64,000 bases of DNA. It comes from an uncultured Nitrososphaeraceae archaeon (GTDB lineage: Archaea > Thermoproteota > Nitrososphaeria > Nitrososphaerales > Nitrososphaeraceae). The notes under the pieces are model-generated. The model did not search any database and was not told where the DNA came from. It worked only from the letters and a program-made list of their open reading frames with translations. The first letter of the stretch is position 1, and each line of letters opens with the position of its first letter. Position numbers and translations under genes: made by a program. Location: positions 64,001 to 128,000 of the forward strand of contig CAWGVG010000029.1 in the NCBI GenBank assembly GCA_963825865.1, given 5' to 3'. Positions 48,782 to 60,703 of the stretch are shown here, one piece after another.

Positions 48782-51502
48782 TTAGCCCGAGGCGCAAGTA
48801 CTAAAGCCGCATTCAATGCACATATTGCATCCTTCAGTGATTATTAATTTTGCTTTGCATGATGGACAGATTTCATCTTCATTTAGTTCAGTTTGGGGAG
48901 CTTGCATTGTCTTCTTTGTAGTGCCAGTTTGTTCTACAGTTAAGACGCTTCCAATGGCTTCACGCTGGATTTCTGTTTCCTTAAAGATTTTTTCTATTTG
49001 TTCTCGGACATATGGCTCTGTAACGTTTGCATATACATAATCAATGACATATCTGCTTGGTCTTACAATGAATCTCTTTTCCTCTTTATTATTACCAGTA
49101 ATGTGCAGGACTTGCTCATGTCTTGAGCCGTCTCTATATACTGTGACTCCCTTTAAACCGAACTCATGCGATAGCAGATATGCACACTTCACATCTTCTG
49201 CAGTTACATCTCCGGGCATGTTGATTGTCTTTGCAATCGCATTACTGATCCACTTCTGCCATACTGCTTGGGCCATCAGATGGTCAGTCCAATGTATGTC
49301 GATTGCAGTAACAAAGGTTTTCTGAATCCATTCTGGAATTTCAGTTAGCCCACGTACTGAACCGTAGTTGTTTGCAATCTTGGTCAGTATTTCATCGTTG
49401 TATAAACCGTTTTCCTTTAATACATTTTCGAAAATCTTATCGGTATAAAAGAATCTCCCAACTGTTACACGTTTTTCGAAAACTAATGCAAAGATGGGTT
49501 CAACACCATTTGAGGTATCTGCAATCATAGACAATGTACCTGTGGGAGCAATTGTTGATGTCCAAGAGTTTCTGACCCCATGTTTTTGGATCTTTTCAAT
49601 TAGCGAATCCCAATCATATGCATGCATTTCTTTTGGTAAATCATAGTATCCTGCAATTGGAATCTTGCCCTTAACATAATCTGTCTCTTTGAACAGAGGA
49701 AATGGACCTCTTGCCTTTGCAATAGCAACACTTTCCTCTATACTGTAGTATGACATTGCTTCTGCAAGTTTATCCATGAAATCATAGCCATCATTAGAGT
49801 TATATGGGATCCTCAATAAGAACAGCAAATCCGCAATACCCATTATACCAAGACCAATTCTTCTTGTCAGTTTTGTGTTGATATCTATCTCTTCTACAGG
49901 ATACTTGTTCATATCAATTATATTGTCCAAGAATCGCGATGAGAGTCTAATTGCCTGCTCGTATCTTTGCCAATCGAATTCATACATTCCATCTGCCTTA
50001 CGCTTTACAAAATTTGCAAGGTTGATTGAACCTAGGTTACATGATTCATATGGGTATAGTGATTGCTCACCACATGGGTTCGTTGCACGTAATGGTCCAC
50101 CCTTTGCATTGACACATGGGTTGTATTTGTTGATGTTGTCAAAGAAAATAACACCAGGTTCAGCGCTCTTCCAAGCACTTAATGCAATCAAATCCATTAA
50201 CTGATGTGAATCGATTTGTTTTATAAGATCCCTAGTTCTAGGATTGCGCAATGCATACTTTTGGTTGTCCTTATTTACAAGGGATTGCCAAAAATCTTCC
50301 CAGACACCAACGCTGACATTAAAGTTCTCAAACACGCCAGGCTTTGTCTTGGCAGTTATGAATTTTTCAATATCTGGATGCCATGCTTCTAGAATACCCA
50401 TATTTGCTCCACGTCTTTTTCCACCTTGCTTCACTACATCGGTAACGACATCAATGATCCTCATAAACGAGGTTGGACCCGATGCAACACCAGAAGTTGA
50501 GGCAACAATGTCGCCTTCTGGTCTCAGGTCAGAATAATTTATTCCGACTCCTCCACCTGATTTGAATATCATGGCTGCGTCGGTAGATGATTTCATGATT
50601 TTGTACATATCATCCTGCATATCAAGAACGAAGCATGCTGACAATTGACCAAGCTTTGCGCCAGCATTCATCAATGTTGGTGTGTTTGGAAGGAAGTCCT
50701 TTGATACCATCAAATTATAATATTCTTTAATCCTTTCTTCGTACATTGCTAACTTGCCTTCAGCCATGAATCTAAGTAGTTCCTTAAAGCTGACTTTCAT
50801 CTGTCCATGTTTTGCGAGGTAAATATAATGTCGAATCAAAGATTCAAAATGATACTTGTTCAGATAATAGTCATTGATCTTTAACTTTAGATCAAAGTCA
50901 TCAACTTTGGCATAATATTTTTCTGCTTCTTCAATATTTTGAATATGCCCACCTGCTAAATTGAACAATCGTGAATCGTGTATAATATCTGGAATTGCTA
51001 CTAGAATTGCAACTCTTTCGAACATCAGTTTTGGACCTTCAATAATTTCGTTATTGCTATCCCGTAGTAGATAACGTGCTGCTAATACCCTAAGCGAATT
51101 AACATCAAGCGCCTTGTCTACTTCATCAAGGTCTTTCTTGTTTAGAATCTTCATCTTATCGTCACGAACTTTGCGTCGCTCATGTCTATACAGAATGTAA
51201 GACTTCGCGGTTTCAGACAAACCTTCTTCAATGAGTATAGATTCTACTATATCCTGTACATCTTCAACGCTTGGAATGGCATCTTTTTCAGTCGAGTCGT
51301 AACCCTGATGAATTATCTTCTGCACGACCTTATTTGCCAGTCTTTCAGCCAACGGATAATCTGGTTTGCTGGTTGCTACAAGTGCCTTATAGATTGCATC
51401 TGATATCTTGGAGTGCACAAAATCGACTATTCTTCCATCTCTTTTTCGTATGTGTACAATCAAACTCTCTTTCGATTTGTTAAACTCAGTAACTCTAGCC
51501 AT
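48782..51502 (-). CDS. nrdJ: class II (adenosylcobalamin) ribonucleotide reductase with N-terminal ATP cone
   Basis: IRKRDGRIV cone; PNTPTLMN, QLSACFV, GGKRRGANM, TNPCGEQ, ESCNLGS, IAPTGT; C-terminal CPSC...CIEC. Confidence 0.93.
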   Translation of the reverse strand: MARVTEFNKSKESLIVHIRKRDGRIVDFVHSKISDAIYKALVATSKPDYPLAERLANKVVQKIIHQGYDSTEKDAIPSVEDVQDIVESILIEEGLSETAKSYILYRHERRKVRDDKMKILNKKDLDEVDKALDVNSLRVLAARYLLRDSNNEIIEGPKLMFERVAILVAIPDIIHDSRLFNLAGGHIQNIEEAEKYYAKVDDFDLKLKINDYYLNKYHFESLIRHYIYLAKHGQMKVSFKELLRFMAEGKLAMYEERIKEYYNLMVSKDFLPNTPTLMNAGAKLGQLSACFVLDMQDDMYKIMKSSTDAAMIFKSGGGVGINYSDLRPEGDIVASTSGVASGPTSFMRIIDVVTDVVKQGGKRRGANMGILEAWHPDIEKFITAKTKPGVFENFNVSVGVWEDFWQSLVNKDNQKYALRNPRTRDLIKQIDSHQLMDLIALSAWKSAEPGVIFFDNINKYNPCVNAKGGPLRATNPCGEQSLYPYESCNLGSINLANFVKRKADGMYEFDWQRYEQAIRLSSRFLDNIIDMNKYPVEEIDINTKLTRRIGLGIMGIADLLFLLRIPYNSNDGYDFMDKLAEAMSYYSIEESVAIAKARGPFPLFKETDYVKGKIPIAGYYDLPKEMHAYDWDSLIEKIQKHGVRNSWTSTIAPTGTLSMIADTSNGVEPIFALVFEKRVTVGRFFYTDKIFENVLKENGLYNDEILTKIANNYGSVRGLTEIPEWIQKTFVTAIDIHWTDHLMAQAVWQKWISNAIAKTINMPGDVTAEDVKCAYLLSHEFGLKGVTVYRDGSRHEQVLHITGNNKEEKRFIVRPSRYVIDYVYANVTEPYVREQIEKIFKETEIQREAIGSVLTVEQTGTTKKTMQAPQTELNEDEICPSCKAKLIITEGCNMCIECGFSTCASG

Positions 51503-51807
51503 CCCGTATATACAAAAAAAATGTTAGTTTAAAAGCATTACCTAATTAAAAGATAATACTTCACAGGTGTAAATGAAGCCGCTTACTTAACATAAACTGA
51601 TTTTAATTATATTGTACTAAAGAAAAATTGCGGTAATAGATTTAATATCCAACATTTAGTCCATTTATGTGGGATATTATTCAAATGATAATGTTTTATT
51701 TCCTCAAAATTAAGCTATTTTACACCATCACATTAAATACTTTTCACAATATGGGAGGATTATATTGCCAGTGTAATTTCATCCATAACTAGTCTTTGGA
51801 ATGTCCT

Positions 51808-51940
51808 TAGAAGAATGTTGGAATACATCAAAGAATGATCTTCTCATTTGCAGATACTATCAGTCATTTGCTGATTTTACAAACCAAATTAGTGAGTACT
51901 TCAGAACTAAAACCTCCAACTTAACATATGAAAATTGGCA
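51808..51940 (+). pseudogene. IS630-like transposase C-terminal relic
   Basis: EECWNTSKNDLLICRYYQSFADFTNQISEYFRTK. Confidence 0.5.
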
Positions 51941-52226
51941 TGCATTATGTTCATTGAATTGAGCAGCAACTCATGTTTGATCAACTGTCTGAATATCATT
52001 TTAATGTTGACAAGTCTTGGTTGAGATCATTAAATTTACTGTATATTTTTGTCCGAAGAATATCCAAGAGTATTATCATTCCCACTAGTGAATTCGGTTC
52101 TGACTTCTGTTTAATACTCTCAGAAGATTGTCCCAAAACATTCTCAAATTATGATATAAGATCATTTAAGCTTTTGAAGAGATGTGTTTGCTTGGCTGAA
52201 GTGACTGTTCATTTCCTTAACTATCT

Positions 52227-53407
52227 GAGACATGGGCATAATTCATTTCTATATTTTTTATCTATCATTTAGTGCTGCATTAACTACATAACATGTGTTT
52301 GATTGATTTTGGTCGTTGACTAGGTCTGGTTTTATAATTGTAGTAGACAAGGATTTGATACAGTAGTACTGACAGAAGTACTATTCCAGCAGCCTTCTGA
52401 TAGCCTCTTACCTGTAATGGGTCTATTCTAAAAATAGATTTAATATGTTCTATTAGTGGTTCTATCGATTTACTTCTCCAAGAGTAAATAGCCTGTCCTA
52501 ACTCAGATTCATAGAATTGTATCAGCTCTAGTCTATTCTTTGGGGTATTTTTGTACCTTTGTACTGGACATACCAGTTCAAATCCTCTTTTAGTACCTCA
52601 AATCATATAGTTTATTGTCGTCATACCCAGAATCACCTATCATGAAACATGTTTCTAGGAACAGAGATGATGATGATGATGATATCATAGGATTGTACAT
52701 TTGATTATCCTGTACATTAGCAGTTGTAAAATCTGCTCCTAAAGGTACTATGGTAGAACCAGTACTTGATATCAAATGTAGTTTGTAACCAAATATCCAA
52801 CCTCTGGTATGACTGAATCCCCACCTGGCATCTGTATCTATACCTGAACGTGGTACTATTCCTTTATCCATAGATGATTTGTGCCAAACATGTCCTCTGG
52901 CTTTGAGCAATGTACTATCTATTGCAACAATATAAGGGTCTATTATCTTCCCATTTACTAATAGACTAGTCATAGTAGCAATCCTTTCCTTGATGTCTAT
53001 GGATATGGTCTTAAGACGTCTGTCAAATGTTCGTCTATCTGGTATTTGGGTAAGACCACATCTTTTCATTATCTTCTTATTGTAAGGGTAATCCATTCCT
53101 AGGAATTCATGTAATGCGTTGTTAGAATCCATTCTAAACCACAATCTGACTATGAAACATCGTAGTATGACAGTAGAAGAATAGACGTATGGTCTACCTC
53201 TTTTTTTCATCTTTTGTGATTCTGGCCATGGTATCAAGCCTATCAAATACAGAATACCAATAAGGATGGATTCTGAACTATCATGTGCTGTCCTTTGAGG
53301 ATGTTTTATTATATGTCATCACAAATTCAGACATCCAAAGGATAGCTTTAGCCTAATTCATCAATATATATTTGCAAAAAATAGAGCTGGATTTATGTCC
53401 AATCGTC
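52227..53407 (-). mobile_element. DDE IS copy A2, inverted relative to A1, no nested IS
   Basis: Highly similar to 21651..23835 minus the nested IS5; transposase ~52285..53246 with a frameshift near 52595. Confidence 0.9.
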
Positions 53408-53705
53408 AGGTAGCTGCACAACACGAATATGCCTTATTTTTTTCGAGGTCACCATCAGCAAAAGTTGCCCAAATTTCTATAGCACCAGATAAAAAAACTC
53501 ACATCTACAAACCAGATGAGAATGGTAAATGGTTTGAGGAACGTAATCTTAGAAAAGAGGGAGCCGATAGCTTTGCTAGTACAGACTCAAAAAGATACTA
53601 TCCAATTTATTATGATCCAAAAACAGACAAATTAAGCACAAACACCAAGTATCAAATTGAAATTCTACCGATTGATACCCGTGGTCAAAAGAGGATATGG
53701 AGAAC
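53408..53705 (+). pseudogene. mod: type III Mod continuation (middle part)
   Basis: VAAQHEYALFF...NLRKEG...YYPIYY...RGQKRIWR continues the 23836..24399 reading across TSD AGGTAGCT. Confidence 0.8.
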
Positions 53706-54202
53706 TCCCCCTTAAAGATTGGGAAGTTCCAGTAATGATCAGTTACAATAGCAGATACAAACAACTAGAATACAAAGGATTGATAATGGAACCTCTTTTG
53801 TTGAAGAGTCCAAGTGAACCAGAAAAGAAGTTTATGGAAAAATTAGCCAATTCACACAAAGTAAGGTGGTGGTTCAAAAATGGAGAAAATGACATAGAAT
53901 ATTTTGCCATCTTGTACAAAGATGAAAATGATTTTGAGCGAGCATTTTATGTTGATTTTATTGTTATGTTTAACAATGGAATCATAGGACTTTTTGATAC
54001 AAAAAGCGGTGCAACAACAGAAGGAGCTAAATTGCGGGCTGAAGGTTTACAGATCTATATCAAAAGAGAGAACAAGAATCGTAACAAACTTTATGGTGGT
54101 ATTGTTATTCTTAAAGACGGTTCATTTTGGTACAATCATGAAGAAGAATATCAGTATAACCCACATAATCTATCTGAAAATTGGGAAATTCTCGAGTTAT
54201 AG
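53700..54202 (+). pseudogene. res: type III restriction (Res) C-terminal endonuclease fragment
   Basis: SEPEKKFM, VRWWFKNG, FYVDFIV, GLFDTKSG PD-(D/E)xK-type motif; no helicase part. Confidence 0.75.
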
Positions 54203-54728
54203 AGAAGCTGACAAGTTTAAAAGTACTAGTATTGTCTTTTAGAACTTTCTATATGTTGCAAAGGCTAAAATCTCTAGTGCTGCAAATACGAAAAAATAGT
54301 CCTATGAGAATTGTATTGGTAAACTACAACATAATCTTATACCTTGCTTATGTATATCTATTTCAGTTATACACTTGGCTATTATAGTATTCGAACTCTA
54401 AAGCAGGATCAGATTGTCTAATGGTTAAAAAATGGTTTATCTCATCCCCCGCACGACTTCTAGAATAAACAACTAGTCAACGCTAATTTTTCAATGTAGA
54501 CATCTATAATTCTAACATTCATCTTTTGATAATCTACAAGAAGAATGTGAAATTCTTCGATATTCTATAACAATATATCAATAGTAAGATTTATCTAAAT
54601 TATATTACAGTTGTTTTATTAGTAATTGTTTCCTGATAGATATGTACATTCTTATAAGGAGTTTATTAAGCATTTTTCTTGAGATGTTAAATTATCGGGA
54701 AAACTCACACTCTTCTCTGGCTATTTTA

Positions 54729-56203
54729 ATGGCTAGAATTTTGTCGATTGCTACAAATATTTTTGTAACTTCTAACAAAAAAAGAACAGTAACTGTCTAT
54801 ACAATGGTGACGATACTTTTATTCTCAGTTGTTTTACTCAACCAAAATCCATCAATCCCTTTGGTATATGCTGTTAAAGATCATAAAGATAACAAAGCAG
54901 ACAATAATAATAATAATAATAATAATCAGCTATCTCAGTTAGGCGGCACGGGAGATAAAGCTAATAATAATAACAATATTGTAGATAATACGGCGGGAGA
55001 TACACCCTCAACACAACCCACAATTCCGACGACACAGGTCACCCCATCAACACAATCCCAGATACCATCTACTCCCTCTGACAGTAGTTTAAGTTCTGTG
55101 CCCGAAGGAAAGAACTGCGCAACGGATTTGAGTAAGCAGCCAAATGCGATCGAATACCTTACATACTTTAACTGTGGACACGTTAACACATTCAAAAATG
55201 GTAAAACGCTTCGAGAATTTAGTTTGATTACTTCTGAGAATAATACCATTCCTATTTCAGACGTTGGATCAAATGACCCTGTATTGTTCAACGCATGGGC
55301 ATTTAACGGTACAATCCCGGTCCAACAATGCGAATGACTGAAGGTGACCACATAAAGATCACAGTCTTCAATTCCAATTCCTCGACACATGCCCACTCGT
55401 TACATATGCATTCCATTCATCCGGGAGAAATGGACGGAATGATGGGGCCTGCTGGTACTATACCTCCTGGTGGGCATTTTACCTACAACTTTATAGCATC
55501 GCCGTTTGGTGTCTACCCTTACCATTGCCATGTGGAGCCGGTAACATCGCACATCAACCACGGCTTGTATGGTATGATGATTATAGACCCGAAAACACCC
55601 AGACCCGTAGCTAAAGAGATGGTAATGATGATGAATGGGTATAACCTTGTAGATGATTATGCGCCGAGCATGTCAACCCCATCTCACCCACCCACAGCTG
55701 TAGAATTACGTGCCAATTTTAGTGACGCAACCAAACCAGATGAAGGAGTAGATAACCAAATCTATACTGTAAATGGTGCAGCTTTCATCTATAGAGATCA
55801 CCCAATTGATCTCGTTACAGGCCAACCATACAGAATCTATCTCGTAAACATGTTAGAGTTTGATCCGGTTAATTCATTCCATCTACATGGAAACATGTTT
55901 GAATATTATCCTGCAGGAACTGGAACGAACCCTAGCTATCTCACAGATATCCTTACACTGGCACAAGGCGATAGAGGTATGTTGGAATTCACTTATGATA
56001 AACCAGGTATGTACATGTTCCATGCTCATAAGAACGAATTTACTAATTTAGGCTGGATGGGTATGTTCAACGTTCAAGATAAAGCTACGCTAAAAGCAAC
56101 GACAACAACAACAACTTCAATGCTACAACACGCAACAGCTGAACACACAACAAAAGGAAACGATAATACATTCTCATCATCACCCTTTCCTTTTCTTCAG
56201 TGA
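54729..56203 (+). CDS. secreted two-domain multicopper oxidase, frameshift at ~55320
   Basis: WAFNGTIP, HSLHMHS, YHCHVEPVTSHINHGLYG, NSFHLHG, MFHAH; N-terminal TM segment and Asn/Thr/Pro-rich linker; start uncertain. Confidence 0.88.
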
Positions 56204-56516
56204 TGTATTCAGAATCAATTAAGGAGTACCCTGACTGCAGAGAAAATAAGGAAAGACTTCCTTTATAACTCGTCTCTATGAGGGTGATGTTCACCTAACA
56301 TATTTTATTTCCTCATTTGTTGTTTAACACCTTATCATGATATGACATATTTGTACAAGGGTTTGAAGATAAAGGAAAGTATATAGCTGATGTTCGGGAA
56401 ACTCATTGCATTTGTAACAGTCATTTAGCGCACTCATTGCGCTTTTTTATCTAATAATAAAAAAGGAACCTGTGCTCCTTAATAATATATAATCAAACCT
56501 TTTACAATCTTGTAAT

Positions 56517-57690
56517 TTGGCAAAAGCCTATTTCACACCCTATGGAGTCGGTCTTGGGCATGCCAGTCGTCTAATGATGGTTGCACAGAAACTTCAAAAT
56601 TCAGGTGTGATTATAAGATTTTCTTCTTTTGGAGAAGCAGCACTGTATCTCTCAATGCAAGGATATGAGTGTGTAACATGTACCTCCTGTTGAATTCGCA
56701 TGGAGCATAGAGGGGGAATTTTCAATAAAGTATAGTATCGCAAATATTCCGCGTTGGTTTACAAATTTTTCAAGACAGCTCGTTAATGAGACTCGTAATA
56801 TGATAGAGTATAATCCAGATATTATAATTTCAGATTCAAGACTATCTTCACTTGTAACAGCTAAATTTTTGGGAATACCGTCAGTAGTTATTTTGAATCA
56901 AGTAAAACTTTTACTCTCGCCACGCCTTCGAGAATTTAGGATCGCCAGACTTTGTGAAAAAATAACCGGTGAAATTCTTGGAGGTATGTGGACAGTAGCA
57001 GACAGAATTCTAGTACCTGATCTACCTCCCCCGTATACAATAGCAGGACATAATATTTGGGATACAAGTTCTGTGTTGGCAAAATTGGAATATGTTGGCT
57101 TTACCGTACCAAAATTATATGTCACCCAAGAACAAATCAGCAAAGTAGCGCAGTATCTTGGTTTAGACAGATCAAAGCCAATTGTATTTATTCATGTAAG
57201 TGGCCCAATACAAACACGAATGCCATTTATCCGAACTGCAATAGAGGCATGTAAATCTCTTCGTCAGGAAATTCAGTACATAATTTCTGAAGGAAGACCA
57301 AAAGGAGATCTTGAACCTAAAAAGATTGCAGGATCAGGATGGTACTATGAATGGTGTCCTTTACGCGACGAAATCTTTGCAATGAGCAATTTATTGGTAT
57401 TGCGTGGCGGGCACGTGGCTATATCACAGGCTATTCAATTTGGCAAGCCCATTATCACAATACCTATAGAAAATCATGGTGAACAGTTAGGTAATTCTGA
57501 AAAAATCGCTGAAATAGGTATAGGTGTTACTCTAAAAACAAAACAATTGAAAGCAAATCAGATTACTGATGCAATTCATAAGATACTCGATGATTCTAGA
57601 TATCAAAAAAAGGCATATGAACTAATGAAATTAGCTGAAAAACTAGATGGAATCGATAATGTCGTGAAGATAGTTCGGTCCTATCTTTAA
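56517..57690 (+). CDS. GT-B glycosyltransferase (GT28/MurG-like), frameshift near 56680
   Basis: YGVGLGHASR; RGGHVAISQAIQFGKPIITIPIENHGEQ. Confidence 0.85.
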
Positions 57691-58791
57691 TGAGATGGTT
57701 TTCATATTTTTAATGGCTGCTTTTGACAAAGCTTCAATCTTGTTTTCATATTTTTCATATTCCTCTATTTTAAATGTCATCTCTTTGACTAAAGCATCAA
57801 TGGATGTTGCTTTATCTTCCAATCCTATTTCTTTAGTATTATGATAAATACTGTCAGTCAAAAGCATTAATGGCAACCAAGGCATTTTTCCTGCAAACAC
57901 AATTTTTTTCATAGTTGCTTCTACAAACCATGTAGGATGAATCGCTGTACTTAATGGTATAACTAATCTATTTTCCGGTAAAAGGGTCAAGATATTAGCA
58001 GATATGCTTTCTTGTAGCATGAGTTTTAGATTATGATCTAACTTGTCAGGAAGATCGATATGTGCTACCCGAATTTTATGTTTTTTAATACACATTTTAT
58101 TTGCTATATAACTAAATAACTTTGCATTTTCCTTAAGATCATCATCGTTTGTATATAGAATCAAAAAATCAGGTACAAAACCACATTTTACAGTTATCAG
58201 ACAAGATACGGTAGATAGAACATTATGTATACTGCATGCTACTTTCTCCTTTTGAGAACCAAATGGTAGACCACCAAGAGCTGTGTCAATTTGAATGCAT
58301 ACATATGCTGAATCTTTACCAATATATGATAGAATTGTTTTGTTGGCCTCGTATTCATTTTTCGCTGGTTTTGCAGCAATAGATGATAGCTCTGATGTGA
58401 GGTTACCCGACGAAACAAACTCTATGTCTCTTCCGATATAACTTACTTTTGCATTACTACTCATCTGAACTTTAACAAAAAATTTCTCTTCTGGAAATAT
58501 TATCTGTTTTCCAGTATTGACAATTGTAGTTACAATATCAGTAAATCCATTTGTGACATGTTTTGCTATAGCCACTTTGTCTATGCCGAACATTTCTACT
58601 ACACTTGCTGCCGCTTCTACGAGATTGGTGACCTCAAATACAATGCATGATTCTTCAGAAATAATTTTATTGACTTTAACATGTATTAATTCAAGCTTTT
58701 CTTTAACAACAGTTTTTAGGCTATCTTTCCTGTTTGCTGAAAAAGCAGACGGAAAGACTATTAAAACTTTCTTCAAATGATTCTTATTCAA
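57643..58791 (-). CDS. ThiI-like THUMP-domain protein with degenerate PP-loop
   Basis: MFGIDKVAIA, THUMP-like FFVKV region, GGLPFGSQ; SGGxDS replaced by SIHNVLS. Confidence 0.7.
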   Translation of the reverse strand: MNKNHLKKVLIVFPSAFSANRKDSLKTVVKEKLELIHVKVNKIISEESCIVFEVTNLVEAAASVVEMFGIDKVAIAKHVTNGFTDIVTTIVNTGKQIIFPEEKFFVKVQMSSNAKVSYIGRDIEFVSSGNLTSELSSIAAKPAKNEYEANKTILSYIGKDSAYVCIQIDTALGGLPFGSQKEKVACSIHNVLSTVSCLITVKCGFVPDFLILYTNDDDLKENAKLFSYIANKMCIKKHKIRVAHIDLPDKLDHNLKLMLQESISANILTLLPENRLVIPLSTAIHPTWFVEATMKKIVFAGKMPWLPLMLLTDSIYHNTKEIGLEDKATSIDALVKEMTFKIEEYEKYENKIEALSKAAIKNMKTISLKIGPNYLHDIIDSI

Positions 58792-59125
58792 ACTTCGGTT
58801 AATTATAGCTGGTGTTTTCGCACAACAACAACAACAGCAGAAAAATATTAATCGAGGAATTTATACCAGTAAATAAGTTATAATGAAATTTTGTATTCAT
58901 TATATCTGAATATTAGGACTTGTATGAACATATCTTATATTATAATAACTGTGCATGCGATAAAGAATAACAATACAGATCTTGGCACTTTGGACATTAT
59001 GGACTATCTTGCCATTTTTGGTAATTGGTACACATCTATCTCCTTTAATCACCGTTTGCTATTGTTCTTTGTAACTCTGGTTTCCTATCATATCTGCCTT
59101 GATATCATTTTTCAGTCTTATCTTC

Positions 59126-60082
59126 TTAGAGTTGGCTTATAGTGTCTTCAATATTCTTTCTGTCTGCCACATTCGGGGTTTGTTCAAGGTACATTGTCAG
59201 ATCTTCTTTCGCACCAGAATTGTTGTTAAGTTGTAACCTTGCTACTGCACGATTTTTGTATATTGGCCCAAATCTATAAGGATTGATATCGATTGCTTTT
59301 GTATAATACGCTTCGGCAAGAGAATAATCCTTCCTTTTTAAATAGTAGTTTCCAAGACCACGGTATGCAAGGTAATATTTTGGATTAAGTCTAACTGTTT
59401 TTTCATAACAAACAACTGCTTCTGATGAATTGAGTTCATTATGCATGCCTGCTAGCAGGCACCAAACTTGGGGGTTTTCATCATCGGAATTTGATGCTTT
59501 GTGTAATTTTTTTATCGCATCATAAATCTTGTCTTGCTGTCGCAATTTTTCTGCTTCAAAACATATCCTATTTGAGTCTTTAAATTTGAGTTCTTCATTT
59601 TTAAAAAGATCCTTCATATCCTCTGGAATGAGTACTAACGTAATCATATCATCTTGTTCCCAATCGTGTTCAAATTTTGCTTCAGGAATTGCACCTATTG
59701 TATCAGGTTCTGGAATGTACGTAAGGATTCTGCGTTCTTCAGAATTATACCCCGATACGATGGTTGCATGTTGTACAGTATCGCGAATGCCGGGAAGAAT
59801 AACTATTGGAGGAATTCCTTGATCTATTCTCTTTTTAAGATTCTTTATTGAACCTTTGTAGATATATGATACAAAGCCATGTCTTTCAGCAAGCTCTATT
59901 CCTTCCATCATTATAGAACCTTTCATTTTAGGGTATTTCTTGGCTATCTCTATTGCTTCCTCTAATGGGATTTCTTCTCCCCAGTATTTTGAAACTACAT
60001 TAATTACTAGAGGAAGACAAATGTTCTCATCCCTCTCATCTACTAATGGCAAACTGATAAAATGATCTGGCTGGGCCTGCAA
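59126..60082 (-). CDS. C39-like cysteine peptidase domain + TPR protein
   Basis: NICLP (Cys), GIPPIVI, QHATIVSGY (His); C-terminal TPRs (AYRGLGNYY, IYKNRAVA). Confidence 0.72.
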   Translation of the reverse strand: MQAQPDHFISLPLVDERDENICLPLVINVVSKYWGEEIPLEEAIEIAKKYPKMKGSIMMEGIELAERHGFVSYIYKGSIKNLKKRIDQGIPPIVILPGIRDTVQHATIVSGYNSEERRILTYIPEPDTIGAIPEAKFEHDWEQDDMITLVLIPEDMKDLFKNEELKFKDSNRICFEAEKLRQQDKIYDAIKKLHKASNSDDENPQVWCLLAGMHNELNSSEAVVCYEKTVRLNPKYYLAYRGLGNYYLKRKDYSLAEAYYTKAIDINPYRFGPIYKNRAVARLQLNNNSGAKEDLTMYLEQTPNVADRKNIEDTISQL

Positions 60083-60137
60083 GGATGGATTTATAGAAAC
60101 TTCATGGAAATAAAAATCATTCTTATCATCTCTGCTG

Positions 60138-60698
60138 CTATATTGTTAGGAAGTTTGATAGCACGATAAAGCCATCAGTGCCACTTTTTTCAGGATGAAA
60201 CTGTATCCCAAAAATCCTCTTTTTCTTATGGGAAAAGACTTCATGTTTGCAGAACTGAGAACTCGCAGTAGAGTCAAAGTCTTCAGGTAATTTTGAAACA
60301 CAATATCTGTGACTTTCATAAACGCTAACTGACTTTCTATCAGGTATCAAATGATTTGGTTTTGATATGGTTACAGATATTGTACCCTGAACATGATTAT
60401 TCATTCTATAAATTGATCCTCCAAGTGTTAATGCGATTATTTCTGCACCATAACAAATTCCTAATATTGGCATATCATTTTCAAAACAATATTTTATGAT
60501 CTTTGAATTTATGACATTGATCTCTTTGCTATTCTTTCGTCTCCCAGAAAGGATCACCCTATCATACTGATTATTTTTATCATTACTGCTGCCTACTTCC
60601 GAAAATCTTTTACAGATATATGTCGCTCTTAATTTATCTAGACAATCCAATATATTTGGCGTAAACGGTGAAAGATTATCTACCACAAGTATTGTCAA
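60138..60698 (-). CDS. stand-alone class I glutamine amidotransferase
   Basis: ILVVDN, PILGICYG, ESH, GIQFHPE (Cys-His-Glu triad). Confidence 0.85.
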   Translation of the reverse strand: MTILVVDNLSPFTPNILDCLDKLRATYICKRFSEVGSSNDKNNQYDRVILSGRRKNSKEINVINSKIIKYCFENDMPILGICYGAEIIALTLGGSIYRMNNHVQGTISVTISKPNHLIPDRKSVSVYESHRYCVSKLPEDFDSTASSQFCKHEVFSHKKKRIFGIQFHPEKSGTDGFIVLSNFLTI

Positions 60699-60703
60699 TT
60701 GAC

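Noticed and set aside
48816-50537. Antisense ORFs inside nrdJ, and similar ones inside lhr, the ALDH, cdc48, ftsY and transposases
   Set aside because: Shadow frames of well-supported genes, with no recognisable motifs.
51503-51545. Shared ATATACAAA and TTAGTT(T)AAAA words upstream of nrdJ and of the RNR-like gene (17575-17600) as an operator
   Set aside because: Short and AT-rich, in different order and orientation relative to the two genes; not distinguishable from chance.
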